Source of the DNA: Sphingomonadales bacterium
Lineage (GTDB): Bacteria; Pseudomonadota; Alphaproteobacteria; Sphingomonadales; Sphingomonadaceae
DNA: 64,000 nucleotides
Direction of reading: 5' to 3'
Assembly (NCBI GenBank): GCA_031371575.1
Contig: JANMJX010000001.1
Coordinates: forward strand, 2,693 to 66,692
Within the stretch, counting starts at the first letter, position 1. Each line of letters opens with the position of its first letter. The position numbers were made by a program, and so were the translations under genes. The notes under the pieces are model-generated. The model saw nothing but the letters and a program-made list of their open reading frames with translations, searched no databases and was not told the DNA's origin. This document shows positions 40,577-51,300 of this stretch, piece after piece.

Positions 40577-42778
40577 ATGCTCCCCATGAACGAAAATGGC
40601 GAAAGCCAGAATGAGAGCGACGCGCCTGAAAGCGCTGGCTTAGCGCAGGCGTACGCGCATCCGTCACTTGCCTGCTTCGTCCTGCTGACCAAATTCTTAG
40701 GCATACCAGCTGACGCAGAACAAATTGCGCATGAGCGAGGCAAGGGAGATGATCCCTATAGTCTGGAAGATCTGAATCGCATTGCTAAACGGTTGGGTCT
40801 GATCGCACGCATCAAAACTGCACCACTTTCCGAAGTTCGCAAAGTACCTCTCCCTGCGTTAGCGGAGACGGTCGGTGGTGATGCAGTAATCCTGCTGAAA
40901 ATCGAAGACGATAGCCTCAACCCACGTTATCTCGTCCAGCGCGGCGATACTGAACGACCCGAGGTTTGGACTGAGGTACAAGCCGCGGAGAAATTCGCTG
41001 GTCGGCTACTTTTGATGACATCGCGCGAAGCGATGGCTGGTGACAAGCGGCCCTTCGATATCAGCTGGTTCATTCCGGCCTTGGTTAAATATCGCAAACC
41101 CTTGCGCGATGTGCTGATTGGCTCATTCTTTCTGCAACTGATGGGACTGGTCTCTCCGATCTTCTTCCAGCTTGTTATTGACAAGGTGCTGGTTCACCAG
41201 TCGATGACCACATTGGATGTCTTGGCGTTCGGGCTGGCTGTTGTGCTCATATTTGAAACGTTAATGTCGGGTCTGCGCAATTGGCTGTTCGCACATACGA
41301 CTAACCGAGTGGACAGCGAACTTTCTTCAAAGATGTTCCGGCATTTGCTGAACCTTCCGATAAGCTACTTCGAAGCACGCAGAGTCGGCGACAGCATCGC
41401 GCGTGTTCGAGAGTTGGAGAGTATTCGTGAGTTCCTAACGTCGAACGCTGTCACAGTGGTGATTGACCTCTTCTTCACTATCGTATTCTTTGCCGTAATG
41501 TTCATGTATTCGCCGATGTTGACGCTGGTTGTCCTCTTATCGATCCCCCTCTACATCGCCATTTCGGTGTTCATCTCTCCTACCTTGCGCAATTTGCTTG
41601 AAGAGAAATTCCGGCGCGGTGCAGAAAATCAGTCGTTCCTGGTGGAAAGCGTTACAGGCATCGGGACGCTGAAAGCGATGGCAGTCGAGCCGCAGATGCG
41701 TGAACGGTGGGAGAAACTGTTTTCAGGCTACACCAGTGTTGGCTTCGACGTTGCAAAACTAGCTAATTGGGGCAGCCATCTTATACAGATCGTGTCGAAA
41801 ATAACGACAGTCGCAATACTCTATTTTGGTGCAAAGGCGGTGATTGGAGGCGATCTTTCGGTCGGTTCTCTTGTTGCATTCAACATGCTCGCCGGCCGTG
41901 TTGCAGCTCCTATTCTACGACTGTCACAGCTCTGGCAGGATTTTCAGCAGGTGCGCATTTCAGTGGAACGTCTTGGCGACGTCCTTAATTCGCCCGCAGA
42001 GCCTGAATATAATCCCGGGCGTGCCAGCCTGCCGCCAATTGCAGGGGCTATTCAATTTGATAAGGTGCGTTTTCGCTATCGGCCTGATGCCCCGGAAGCT
42101 TTGCGGGGCGTCAGCCTCGACGTAAATGCAGGCGAGATGCTGGGTATCGTCGGGCCCTCAGGCTCGGGGAAATCGACGCTGACCAAGCTTGTGCAGCGAC
42201 TGTATGTACCCGAACAGGGCCGCGTGTTGGTCGACGGGGTCGACTTGGCCCTGATCGACCCCCCTTGGCTGCGGCGTCAAATCGGAGTGGTGCTCCAGGA
42301 AAATATTCTATTCAATCGGTCCGTACGCGAGAATATTGCGCTTGGAGATCCGACCAGGCCGATGGATGCAGTAATCGCTGCTGCTAAGCTGGCGGGCGCA
42401 CACGATTTCATCCTCGAGCTCAATCATGGTTATGACACCATCATCGACGAACGCGGTGGGAATCTATCGGGCGGTCAACGCCAACGTATGGCTATCGCTC
42501 GGGCGCTGATAAACGATCCCCGCATCCTAATTCTTGATGAAGCGACATCGGCGCTCGATGCCGAGAGCGAAGAGATTATCCAAAATAACCTTGCAAGCAT
42601 CGCACAGAACCGAACGGTAATCATAATCGCGCATCGGTTGTCGGCAGTACGCCAGTGTAATCGGATCATCACCGTTGAGGCGGGTGACGTCACTGAGATT
42701 GGCACTCATGAGGAACTGCTAAAAGCAAACGGACGTTATGCGATGCTTTATAAAAAACAAATGGGCATAGCTGTATGA
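40577..42778 (+). CDS. Type I secretion ABC transporter (HlyB family, inactive C39-like domain)
   Basis: GPSGSGKST, LSGGQRQR, LDEATSALD and WFIPALVKYR motifs. Confidence 0.96.
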   Translation: MLPMNENGESQNESDAPESAGLAQAYAHPSLACFVLLTKFLGIPADAEQIAHERGKGDDPYSLEDLNRIAKRLGLIARIKTAPLSEVRKVPLPALAETVGGDAVILLKIEDDSLNPRYLVQRGDTERPEVWTEVQAAEKFAGRLLLMTSREAMAGDKRPFDISWFIPALVKYRKPLRDVLIGSFFLQLMGLVSPIFFQLVIDKVLVHQSMTTLDVLAFGLAVVLIFETLMSGLRNWLFAHTTNRVDSELSSKMFRHLLNLPISYFEARRVGDSIARVRELESIREFLTSNAVTVVIDLFFTIVFFAVMFMYSPMLTLVVLLSIPLYIAISVFISPTLRNLLEEKFRRGAENQSFLVESVTGIGTLKAMAVEPQMRERWEKLFSGYTSVGFDVAKLANWGSHLIQIVSKITTVAILYFGAKAVIGGDLSVGSLVAFNMLAGRVAAPILRLSQLWQDFQQVRISVERLGDVLNSPAEPEYNPGRASLPPIAGAIQFDKVRFRYRPDAPEALRGVSLDVNAGEMLGIVGPSGSGKSTLTKLVQRLYVPEQGRVLVDGVDLALIDPPWLRRQIGVVLQENILFNRSVRENIALGDPTRPMDAVIAAAKLAGAHDFILELNHGYDTIIDERGGNLSGGQRQRMAIARALINDPRILILDEATSALDAESEEIIQNNLASIAQNRTVIIIAHRLSAVRQCNRIITVEAGDVTEIGTHEELLKANGRYAMLYKKQMGIAV

Positions 42779-44232
42779 TCGGTCAGTGGTTCCCCAATAT
42801 TGGTCGGCATTGGGCCATCCTCAAAGAAAGCTGGAAGCAGCAGAATTTGGCAAACGCTAATGCAAAACCGCAAAGCGATTATGAATTCCTGCCTGCCGCG
42901 CTTGAGATCATGGAAAAGCCGCCAAGCCCTGGCCTGCGCTGGCTTATGCTTTCGTTGTGCGGGCTATTCGCGATAGCCCTTATCTGGTCTTTTGTCGGCA
43001 AAGTTGATGTAGTGGCTACCGCCAGCGGCAAGGTTATTCCTTCAGGCAACGTGAAAATCATCCAACCCATCGAGATCGGTTATGTACGAAAGATACATGT
43101 AAAAAATGGTCAGCATGTAGAGGCAGGGAAATTACTTGTTGAACTCGATCCGACGCTCGCCGGAGCCGACGCCGCACAAGCGAGCCAAGGTCTGCTTACC
43201 GCCGAAGTCATCGCTGCACGTAACGCAGCCTTAATAGACCACATACGGGGACGCACTGCGCGATTTAAGCCGCCCACCGGAACGCCTGCGGACATTGTAG
43301 CCACCCAAAGCGATTTCGTTCGTACGTCGATCGCAGAATATGAAGGTGAAAGGGCCAGTCTCATTCAGCAGCGTGCCGAACGTGCGGCAGAACTTGCTGG
43401 GTCGGAGGCCGAGGTCAGTAAATTGCGCCAAACGCTGCCGCTGATTGAGCAGCAGCTGAGTGCGCGAAAAGAACTGACAGAAAAGGGATATTTTTCCAAA
43501 ATCCGTCTGCTCGAATATGAGCAACAAAAGCTCGAGCATATTCAAAATATCGCTGTCCAGGAAGCCAACGCAGCGCAAGCGCGCGCGGCCATGGCAAATA
43601 TTGAGGCACAGCTCATACGCCTAAAAGGTAGTTTCGGCAAAAATGCGGTGGCAGAATTGGCGCAGGCGCAAGAGAAAACGGGTTTATCGCGGGAAGAAGT
43701 TACAAAGTCTGCTCGGCGCAAAGAGTTTCAGCAGTTGCGCGCGCCTGTGTCAGGAACGGTACAGCAGCTAGCGATCTCAACGGTTGGCGGGGTTGTGCAA
43801 CCAGCGCAGGCGTTGATGATCATTGTCCCAGATGATGCAACTGTAGTCGTCGAGGCAAATATCATGAACAAGGATATCGGATTCATCCGTGAGGGTCAGC
43901 CTGTCCGGGTCAAGTTGGAGGCTTTCAACTTCACCGATTATGGCATCGTCCCAGGCGTAGTTGAAAGCATCAGTCGTGATGCGATCGATTTAAGCCAACC
44001 TGGGCAGCAGCAACAGCGCGATCAGGAAGGCCGAGTGCAGCCACAACAAGGTTTGGTCTACGCTACTCGTATCCGTCTAAACCAGCGCACGATCCGTGTA
44101 AGAGGGCAAGATCAAATCATAGGTCCGGGCCTTGCAGCGCAGGCCGAAATTAAAACAGGGGAGCGACGGATAATTGACTTTTTGCTGTCGCCTATAGCCA
44201 AAACAATGGATGAGGCTGGGCGGGAGCGTTAA
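42775..44232 (+). CDS. Type I secretion membrane fusion protein (HlyD family)
   Basis: EFLPAALE, LRAPVSGTV, KDIGFI..GQ and IKTGERRIIDFLLSP; ATGA overlap with the ABC gene. Confidence 0.96.
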   Translation: MIGQWFPNIGRHWAILKESWKQQNLANANAKPQSDYEFLPAALEIMEKPPSPGLRWLMLSLCGLFAIALIWSFVGKVDVVATASGKVIPSGNVKIIQPIEIGYVRKIHVKNGQHVEAGKLLVELDPTLAGADAAQASQGLLTAEVIAARNAALIDHIRGRTARFKPPTGTPADIVATQSDFVRTSIAEYEGERASLIQQRAERAAELAGSEAEVSKLRQTLPLIEQQLSARKELTEKGYFSKIRLLEYEQQKLEHIQNIAVQEANAAQARAAMANIEAQLIRLKGSFGKNAVAELAQAQEKTGLSREEVTKSARRKEFQQLRAPVSGTVQQLAISTVGGVVQPAQALMIIVPDDATVVVEANIMNKDIGFIREGQPVRVKLEAFNFTDYGIVPGVVESISRDAIDLSQPGQQQQRDQEGRVQPQQGLVYATRIRLNQRTIRVRGQDQIIGPGLAAQAEIKTGERRIIDFLLSPIAKTMDEAGRER

Positions 44233-44655
44233 CATCCGAAATGGATTGATTAACGAGCCGTACACCACCTATTCGTCTTGACCCATTTCCACTTCCAGAT
44301 GATGTTGGTGGGATTCTAGGTATGGAGGACCGAATTCGTGGGTCATGCAATTTTCCTAATGAATGATGCCACGAAATTGCAATTTGCATATTCTAAAACT
44401 TGGTCAATCGCCGACACTGACGAATTCATACAATATTTAATGTCGGCGCGGACGTAGCTTCGTCTACGGCTTACTCGAGGGTTATAGGGAGAGTGTTGTG
44501 GTTCGCGAATCCTCCCAAGGAAAAACGAAGACTAAAACTGCCTCCTCCGACCGGCTTACCTCTGGGGAACTTGAACGGGCTGTTTTCAAAGGAGAATCCG
44601 AAATGACGTTGGCCCAGACTTGTTTCGAGCGATTCGACACCAGGGACCTTGCGGC

Positions 44656-45393
44656 ATGATCAAACGGTGGGCTCTTGCAATAGTATCGCTTGGTGGAGCG
44701 ATGCTGACACTTTATGGGTGTGACAGCGCAGACAATGTGCGAAGTGCGGAGGTCCGCTACCGAATGACGGTAGAGGTTGCAACGCCAGATGGCGTGAAGA
44801 GCGGGTCAAGCGTATGGAGCCGCAGCATCCGTAAATCCTTTGGCCCAATTAGCCCCTACAACTCAGGCTTCCAAGCGGAGGCAGTAGCGGTTGAGTTGCC
44901 TGGAGGCCGCACTTTGTTTGCGCTGGTCAAGGGGCAGGAATTTACCATTGATCGGGTTTTCCCGGAATATGTGGTCGATTCACCGGGCGAAGATGATCGC
45001 GTCGCGCATGTCCAGCGAATTGCAGAAAATGTCGGTGTGACGAAGCTGTTACCTTGTACAAAGGACTCGGTCGAAGCATGGCCGCGAGAGCCAAGCATGG
45101 GCCCTCTAAGTTATGACACCTATTGTCCGATGCTGGTGACGTTCAGAGATCTGGCGGACCCCATGAGTGTAGAGCTGGTTAATCCGAAAGAACTGGCTGC
45201 GTCGTTTGGCAAGGGATACCGGCTGAGGGCGATTACCCTTAAAGTTACCGATAAGCCGGTGACGACGGGTGTAGGAGACATGCTACGCCGAGTTGGCTGG
45301 GAAGAAGGTCAAGGCCTCGATCGCACAGGAGGTGTATCCGCCAATCCCACCCTAGCTCAGCAACTTGGCTATATTGATTTCGTTCGGAGATAA
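44656..45393 (+). CDS. Predicted lipoprotein upstream of the RTX gene
   Basis: MIKR, hydrophobic stretch and LYGC lipobox; 5-nt gap to the RTX gene. Confidence 0.75.
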   Translation: MIKRWALAIVSLGGAMLTLYGCDSADNVRSAEVRYRMTVEVATPDGVKSGSSVWSRSIRKSFGPISPYNSGFQAEAVAVELPGGRTLFALVKGQEFTIDRVFPEYVVDSPGEDDRVAHVQRIAENVGVTKLLPCTKDSVEAWPREPSMGPLSYDTYCPMLVTFRDLADPMSVELVNPKELAASFGKGYRLRAITLKVTDKPVTTGVGDMLRRVGWEEGQGLDRTGGVSANPTLAQQLGYIDFVRR

Positions 45394-45398
45394 ATGAG

Positions 45399-48300
45399 AT
45401 GACGTTGAGCCGTGATATGTTTCTGGCAATTTTGTCAATGGATTCTTACAACCGTGGATATGGCTTTGGAGTTGGGCAACTCCCTGAGACCGGTGGGTTG
45501 GGCAACGCGACACTCCTTGCCGCGAATTCTCAACAGCAGAGTGGATGGCAAGCCACAGGCTTCTATGCGATCGCCTATGATATGACTGATGTTGAAAATT
45601 TTGCCGATGGCGAGCGTGTGATTTCTTATCGCGGCACAAATTATGACGGCACCGGTGACTACAATAAGTACCGCGATATATGGAATGGCTGGACGGTCGG
45701 TGCAGGCTTCGGTGGGGCAAGCCAGGCACAGCTATCGCTTGACTTCTATCGGGCCGTTGCGGGGCGGGAAGCAGTCCAAGGCGCAAATCCGAACATAATC
45801 TTGACCGGCCACAGCCTTGGGGGTGGGCTCGCTGGCTTTGTTGGCGCGCTCTCAAATGGTGAGGCTGTAATATTTGATCATATGCCATTTTGGATGGCGG
45901 CCGCCGCCCAATTCTGGACCAGTTATAAAAAGGCCCTTGAAGCTCGCGGGATGTCTCTCGATACGGAACCTACCGAAGCAGTAATTGCTGATTTGGGCCT
46001 CGTAAAGCCCAACTTAGGCGAAATCAGCGGTTTATATCTTGAAGGAGAGATCAACCGTCTGCTGCGCAACGGCAGTGCGGCGATGGCACTTGGCGGGATT
46101 ACATCGCTCGTTTTGGGTTCTGCACTATCCTACTTGGGCGGGTGGATCGCGGGCGGACAGGCCGGCGAAGCAGACGCTTTGGGTGCCAATATTCGACAAG
46201 TGCTGACATTCGACTGGGAAAAAGCTTATGACTTGATCAGTGCTGACCGGCATAGCATGGCGGCATTAGTCATCAGCATGTACGCTCGCGAGCAAGAAAC
46301 TCTTAATCCAAGCTTTGCCGCATGGCGGGTCGGTGGCGTTTCCGATTATGTTTTCAACGCGTTATATGATAACAAAATTGCTGAGGGCATTAAGCTTACT
46401 GCTGAGTTTATTGGCGACTCCGGCCGCCTCGCTGTCATGCAATCTGCCATTGCTTACAGCGCACTCGATCTGACCGATCCTGATGCAGGCAAGCCCTTTG
46501 GCGATATTGGCGTCCGTGCAATGTTTGACGACGCGGCCGACCTTGGCGCGGCAATCAACGCGGGCACAATGCCTGCGTGGGTAAACACCGGCAGGTTTAA
46601 ACAGAGCATAGCAAACACCTTTGTTGAGTTTGCTGGTTTCATGGCGATTGCGGATGCGGAGAATGCGACCGATTCAGGCAAACTAGGCGGAGCCTTGAGC
46701 TTGGATGTGCTGCAGGGCCAGACGCTACCAAATGCGATGCGAATCAATTTTGAAGACAGCCTTTGGAGTGTTGGCAGCAAAAGCCACGAGTCTCAGCAAC
46801 GGAATAATGTTGTATTCGAAGCAATCGAGGCAAATGCTTCGGCGACCGAACTTGAGCGTATACGCGGGTGGTACTCGCTTGCAGCTGCTCCAGGTCGAAA
46901 ACTATTAGAAGATATCGATGAGGTTATTATTTCTTTCGGCAATAACGTTGGACCTCAGCCGGCCGATGCCGATGGCATTGCCTTGCAAATTGCAGGAAGC
47001 GGAGGTGTAAACCTCACATATGGCGAGGGCGGGCATTTCTTAATTAGTGGCAATGGCGTCGATACGGTCCAGGGTGGCAGCGACATCGACATTATCGTGA
47101 GCGGGGCCGGAGACGATGTTATAAATGGAAATGGCGGTGCAGATTGGATCGCCTCGGGCGACGGCGACGACGAGATCGATGGTGGCGACAAAAATGATGT
47201 CCTGAACGGTGGACGTGGTGATGACCAAGTCCAAGGCGGCCAGGGCAATGACCGGCTGATCGCAAATTTGGATGGAGATGCAGATTCCCTGGACGGCGGT
47301 TCCGATACCGACACTGTCGTATACAAGTGGGATCGAGGTGACGCCGAAATCAAAATTACCGGCGAGGTTCAACGTATTGGAAACAAGGTTGCTAAAGATT
47401 TTGGTCTAGCGATCACTGGCGCCCAGGACGAATCCGGGCTTAACGCAGATTTCGGTGCCGACACTTTGGCGTCAATCGAACTAGGCGCGGTTGAAGCTGG
47501 AAGTGGCACAGACACTTTGGTTATCGATATACAATCATTTTACGACTCGATCGATTATATTGATCTGGGCCGTCAAGGTTCGGGCTTGGCTGCTGGCGAC
47601 ATAATTGATGCATCACGTGCCGATAACGCTGTGACGGTAGATCTACGTTATCAAGATGGAACTCAAAGGCTGATTATTGGTCAGGGCAAGGTAGTAAAAA
47701 TATTTGATGCTGAGAACGTTAAAGGGTCTCAATTCGGAGATAATCTTTACGGCGTCGAAATCGAACGAGGCAGCATTCTCGAAGGAAATGGCGGAGGCGA
47801 TTTCCTATATGGTGGCAAATATGACGATGATCTCAGAGGTGGGTCGGGCGATGACTATTTAGAAGGCGGCGCAGGAGCTGATTTACTTGACGGCGGAACG
47901 GGCGCCGACAAGTTGGTGATCAACGGAAACGACACGATTTCTAGTGGCCAGTCTGAGGACCGCCTTTATTGGAAAACCTATGACGTGAACTTTCAGGCAA
48001 ATACTCTGCTGAAGGGCGGCAGTCGCTCCGTTCTGGTTAGTGATATTCAGACCCCTGTCGAGCAATTTGAGGCGATGCTAAATAGCACCCTGTTATTTAA
48101 AGGAAACCTCGGCGAAACTTACGAAGTGACCGGCTCGGGAGTAACCCAAGGGCTGAAAATCGTTACGAAATCGGGTGAGATAGTCAACATTGCGCGCTGG
48201 TCCGAAGGTGAATATGGAATAAGACTATTTACGACCAAGCGCCGCCAAATCGCATTCTCGAAACCTGTCGATTACAGCAACGCAAACTTGCCTGCGGGCG

Positions 48301-51300
48301 GCCTTGGCGTTGGCCTTGCAATAAGCTTTACGTTGAATGTGGTTACGTTTGCCTCCGAGTTAGGCGTCGATCCCAATTGGGGAAATTACGTTGGAGATAC
48401 CTTTTCGCTTTCCCAACTACGAATATTGGCTGGGCAGCCTGGCCAGCCGGCATTGTCGAACAATATTACCGGTACCGGAGAAGGTGAGGCTATCAACGGT
48501 CGGCTGACTGACGACCGCATTTCCGCCGGTGCAGGTGATGACACTGTCAATGGCTTTGCTGGCGATGACAGTATAAACGGCGGAGATGGAAATGATACGC
48601 TGTCCGGCGGCGCTGGCGCCGATCGCTTGGAAGGTGGGTATGGCGACGACACAATCGAGGGCGGGACCGGAAACGACACGATTATTGCCGGTTTCGGCAA
48701 GGATCTCATCATTGTTAAAGCGGGCGACGGCGCAGATGTCATAATCGCCGACGTCGACGATGTAATCCGCTTTGACGCAGGCATTGCTTCTAGCAGCGTA
48801 ACGATAAAAAGCGGCAGAGCTGGAGGCGGCGCAGCCCCCAATTATGGCGACCTTCAAGCAGGAGACATTTCCTTTGCCTTTGGCGCTGACAAGATCACCA
48901 TTCAGGATGGAGTTTTCGGTTCGGTCGAATTCGGCGATGGTACGGTCAAAACGAGAGACGCACTTGTTCTTTCTGCAATTGCGATCGCTACAACCAATGG
49001 CAACGATGTTATTACGGGCTTTGGGACAGCTGACCGGCTAGCTGGGGGGGCTGGCAATGATTATTTGAATGGGTTTGGCGGCAACGACCGATATTATTTT
49101 GCGCGTGGCGATGGCCAGGACCGGATTGAGGATACGGTCATCGAAGGACGCGCCGGGGTAGCTGACAAAATCATTTTTGGCGCCAACATCGCGCCGAGTG
49201 ACATCGTCACCACTATGTCCTTCATCGCCGCAGGCCCGCGTGCAGGCCAAGAACTTGTGCGATTGGCAATTTCAGGGACTTCCGACTGGGTGGAATTTGT
49301 CGGGCGCGATATCGAAGAGATCCGCTTTCAAAACGGTACGACTTGGGATCGAGCCGAGTTTGGCGCACGCGCATTGGCGTCGTTAGGAACAGCGGGTACT
49401 GACCGCGTAACGGTCAGCCCTTATCTTGGCGGCATATTCAATTTGGGAGCGGGCAACGATACTATCATTCCGTTAAACGATGTTGTTCTGCAATATCAAT
49501 TCGGAGCAGGTAGCGGGGTTGATCGGATCGAGTTGGATAACTACGGCCAGTCATTCAGCGCTAATGCTTATATAATTTTGACCAATGGCCTTGGCATAGG
49601 AGACCTGAGCATCCAGCGGCTGGCTGACGGCTTCTCATTTGGTATATCCGGGACGAGCGACCGTCTTGATGTCATCCGAAACTACGATGAGTCGGTACAA
49701 TCCAGTATTCGCGATAATGATCTGCGTTTGATCATTCCAGGCGAGCGTATCGTGGCCGATACCATCAGTCGTTTGGCCGATGTCAACGCAAATGTCGTGC
49801 AAAGGCTAACAGGTACCACCGCTGGTGAAACCATGACTGGCTTTGCGACAAGTGATTTCTTATCTGGCGGTGCAGGTAACGATATCATAATCGGCAATGA
49901 CGGCAGTGACCTGTTATTTGGCGGTACGGGTAATGACACGCTGACCGGCGGCAACGGCTCAGATATGCTATTCGGAGAAGCTGGGGATGACCAGCTTGAC
50001 GGAGGTGCAGGCGACGATGCTTTGTTCGCTGGCGCGGGGACCGATAGCTTGCTTGGCGGCTTGGGTCGCGACCAACTGACGGGTAGCGGAACAAGCACCC
50101 TCAACGGTGGCCTTGACGCGGACACGTATAACATCCAGCTCGGCGACAAGATTGTCTATAATATTGGTGACGGTGCCGATGTTGCGGTTGCCGTAACAGG
50201 CGCTAGCACTGTTGATGGATCAACGATCCTAAAGCGCAGTGAGATTTCGCTTGGTGTCGGTATCGACCCGCTCACCACCACGCTGACACTTGAAGGCTTG
50301 GCAATCTATGTGAATGTAAACGGTTCGACGACGGACCGCATCCGGCTTGACCGTGTATTTCAGAGCAGCAGCTTGCCGCAAATCCGCTTCAATAACGGAA
50401 CAATTTGGCGCGAAACCGAAATTTACCAAAAGCTGTTCAATCCCAACAATGCAAATGACACGCCTGCTGCGGTCAAGTCATTTGCTCCTGATTACTTCAA
50501 TGATGAAATCGCCTATCTCTACGGCGGCGGTGGCAATGATACGCTCAACGTTGCATCTGTTTATGCAGATTTATACCGCTTCGTGTTTGCCGCTGGCGGC
50601 GGCACTGACACAATTTTGAGCTCTATCAACTTAAAGGGTAGCAGCCTGTATTTGTCCGGGTTTGATCCCGATCAATTGATTTTGGCGCGCTCCGGCACTG
50701 GGCTTGGCAATATTACTTTAAGTTTCGCCGGTACCACTGATGCCATCACTATCAACCAGCAAGAAAACGGCGGTGGTAATGAGTCGAGCGGAATCAGTGA
50801 ATTTATTTTCAACGGAGCTACGCTTTATAATGCAGATATCCGTAAGCGTTGGCTTGCCCAGTCTTCAACAAGCGGTAACGATACAATTACGGCTTTTGAC
50901 GGCCCTGGTGGTGTCTTGGATACTGGTATCACAAAAGGTATTCAGTTCTCGCCTGAATCCGGAAACGATCGCCTGGCAGGAGGTCTCGGCAATGACACGT
51001 TGATTGGCGGTACCGGCGATGACACATATGTCATCAATATCGGCGACGGCGTGGATACTGTTCGTGACATTGGCCTGTTCGATGTCAACGCCAATGCAGG
51101 CTATGATGTGTTGATATTAAATGCGCTCAGCACCAATGCCCGCTTTGCGCAAAGTGTAGCGGATAATAAGGATTTGGTGATCACCTTCACCAACTCGGCT
51201 GACCAAATAAAGGTCGATGAGTTTTTTGCTTTAGGCGTGATCGAAGAATTCGAGTTTGGCGACGGCGTTGTTTTGTCTAACCTCGACATCGGGCAACTGG

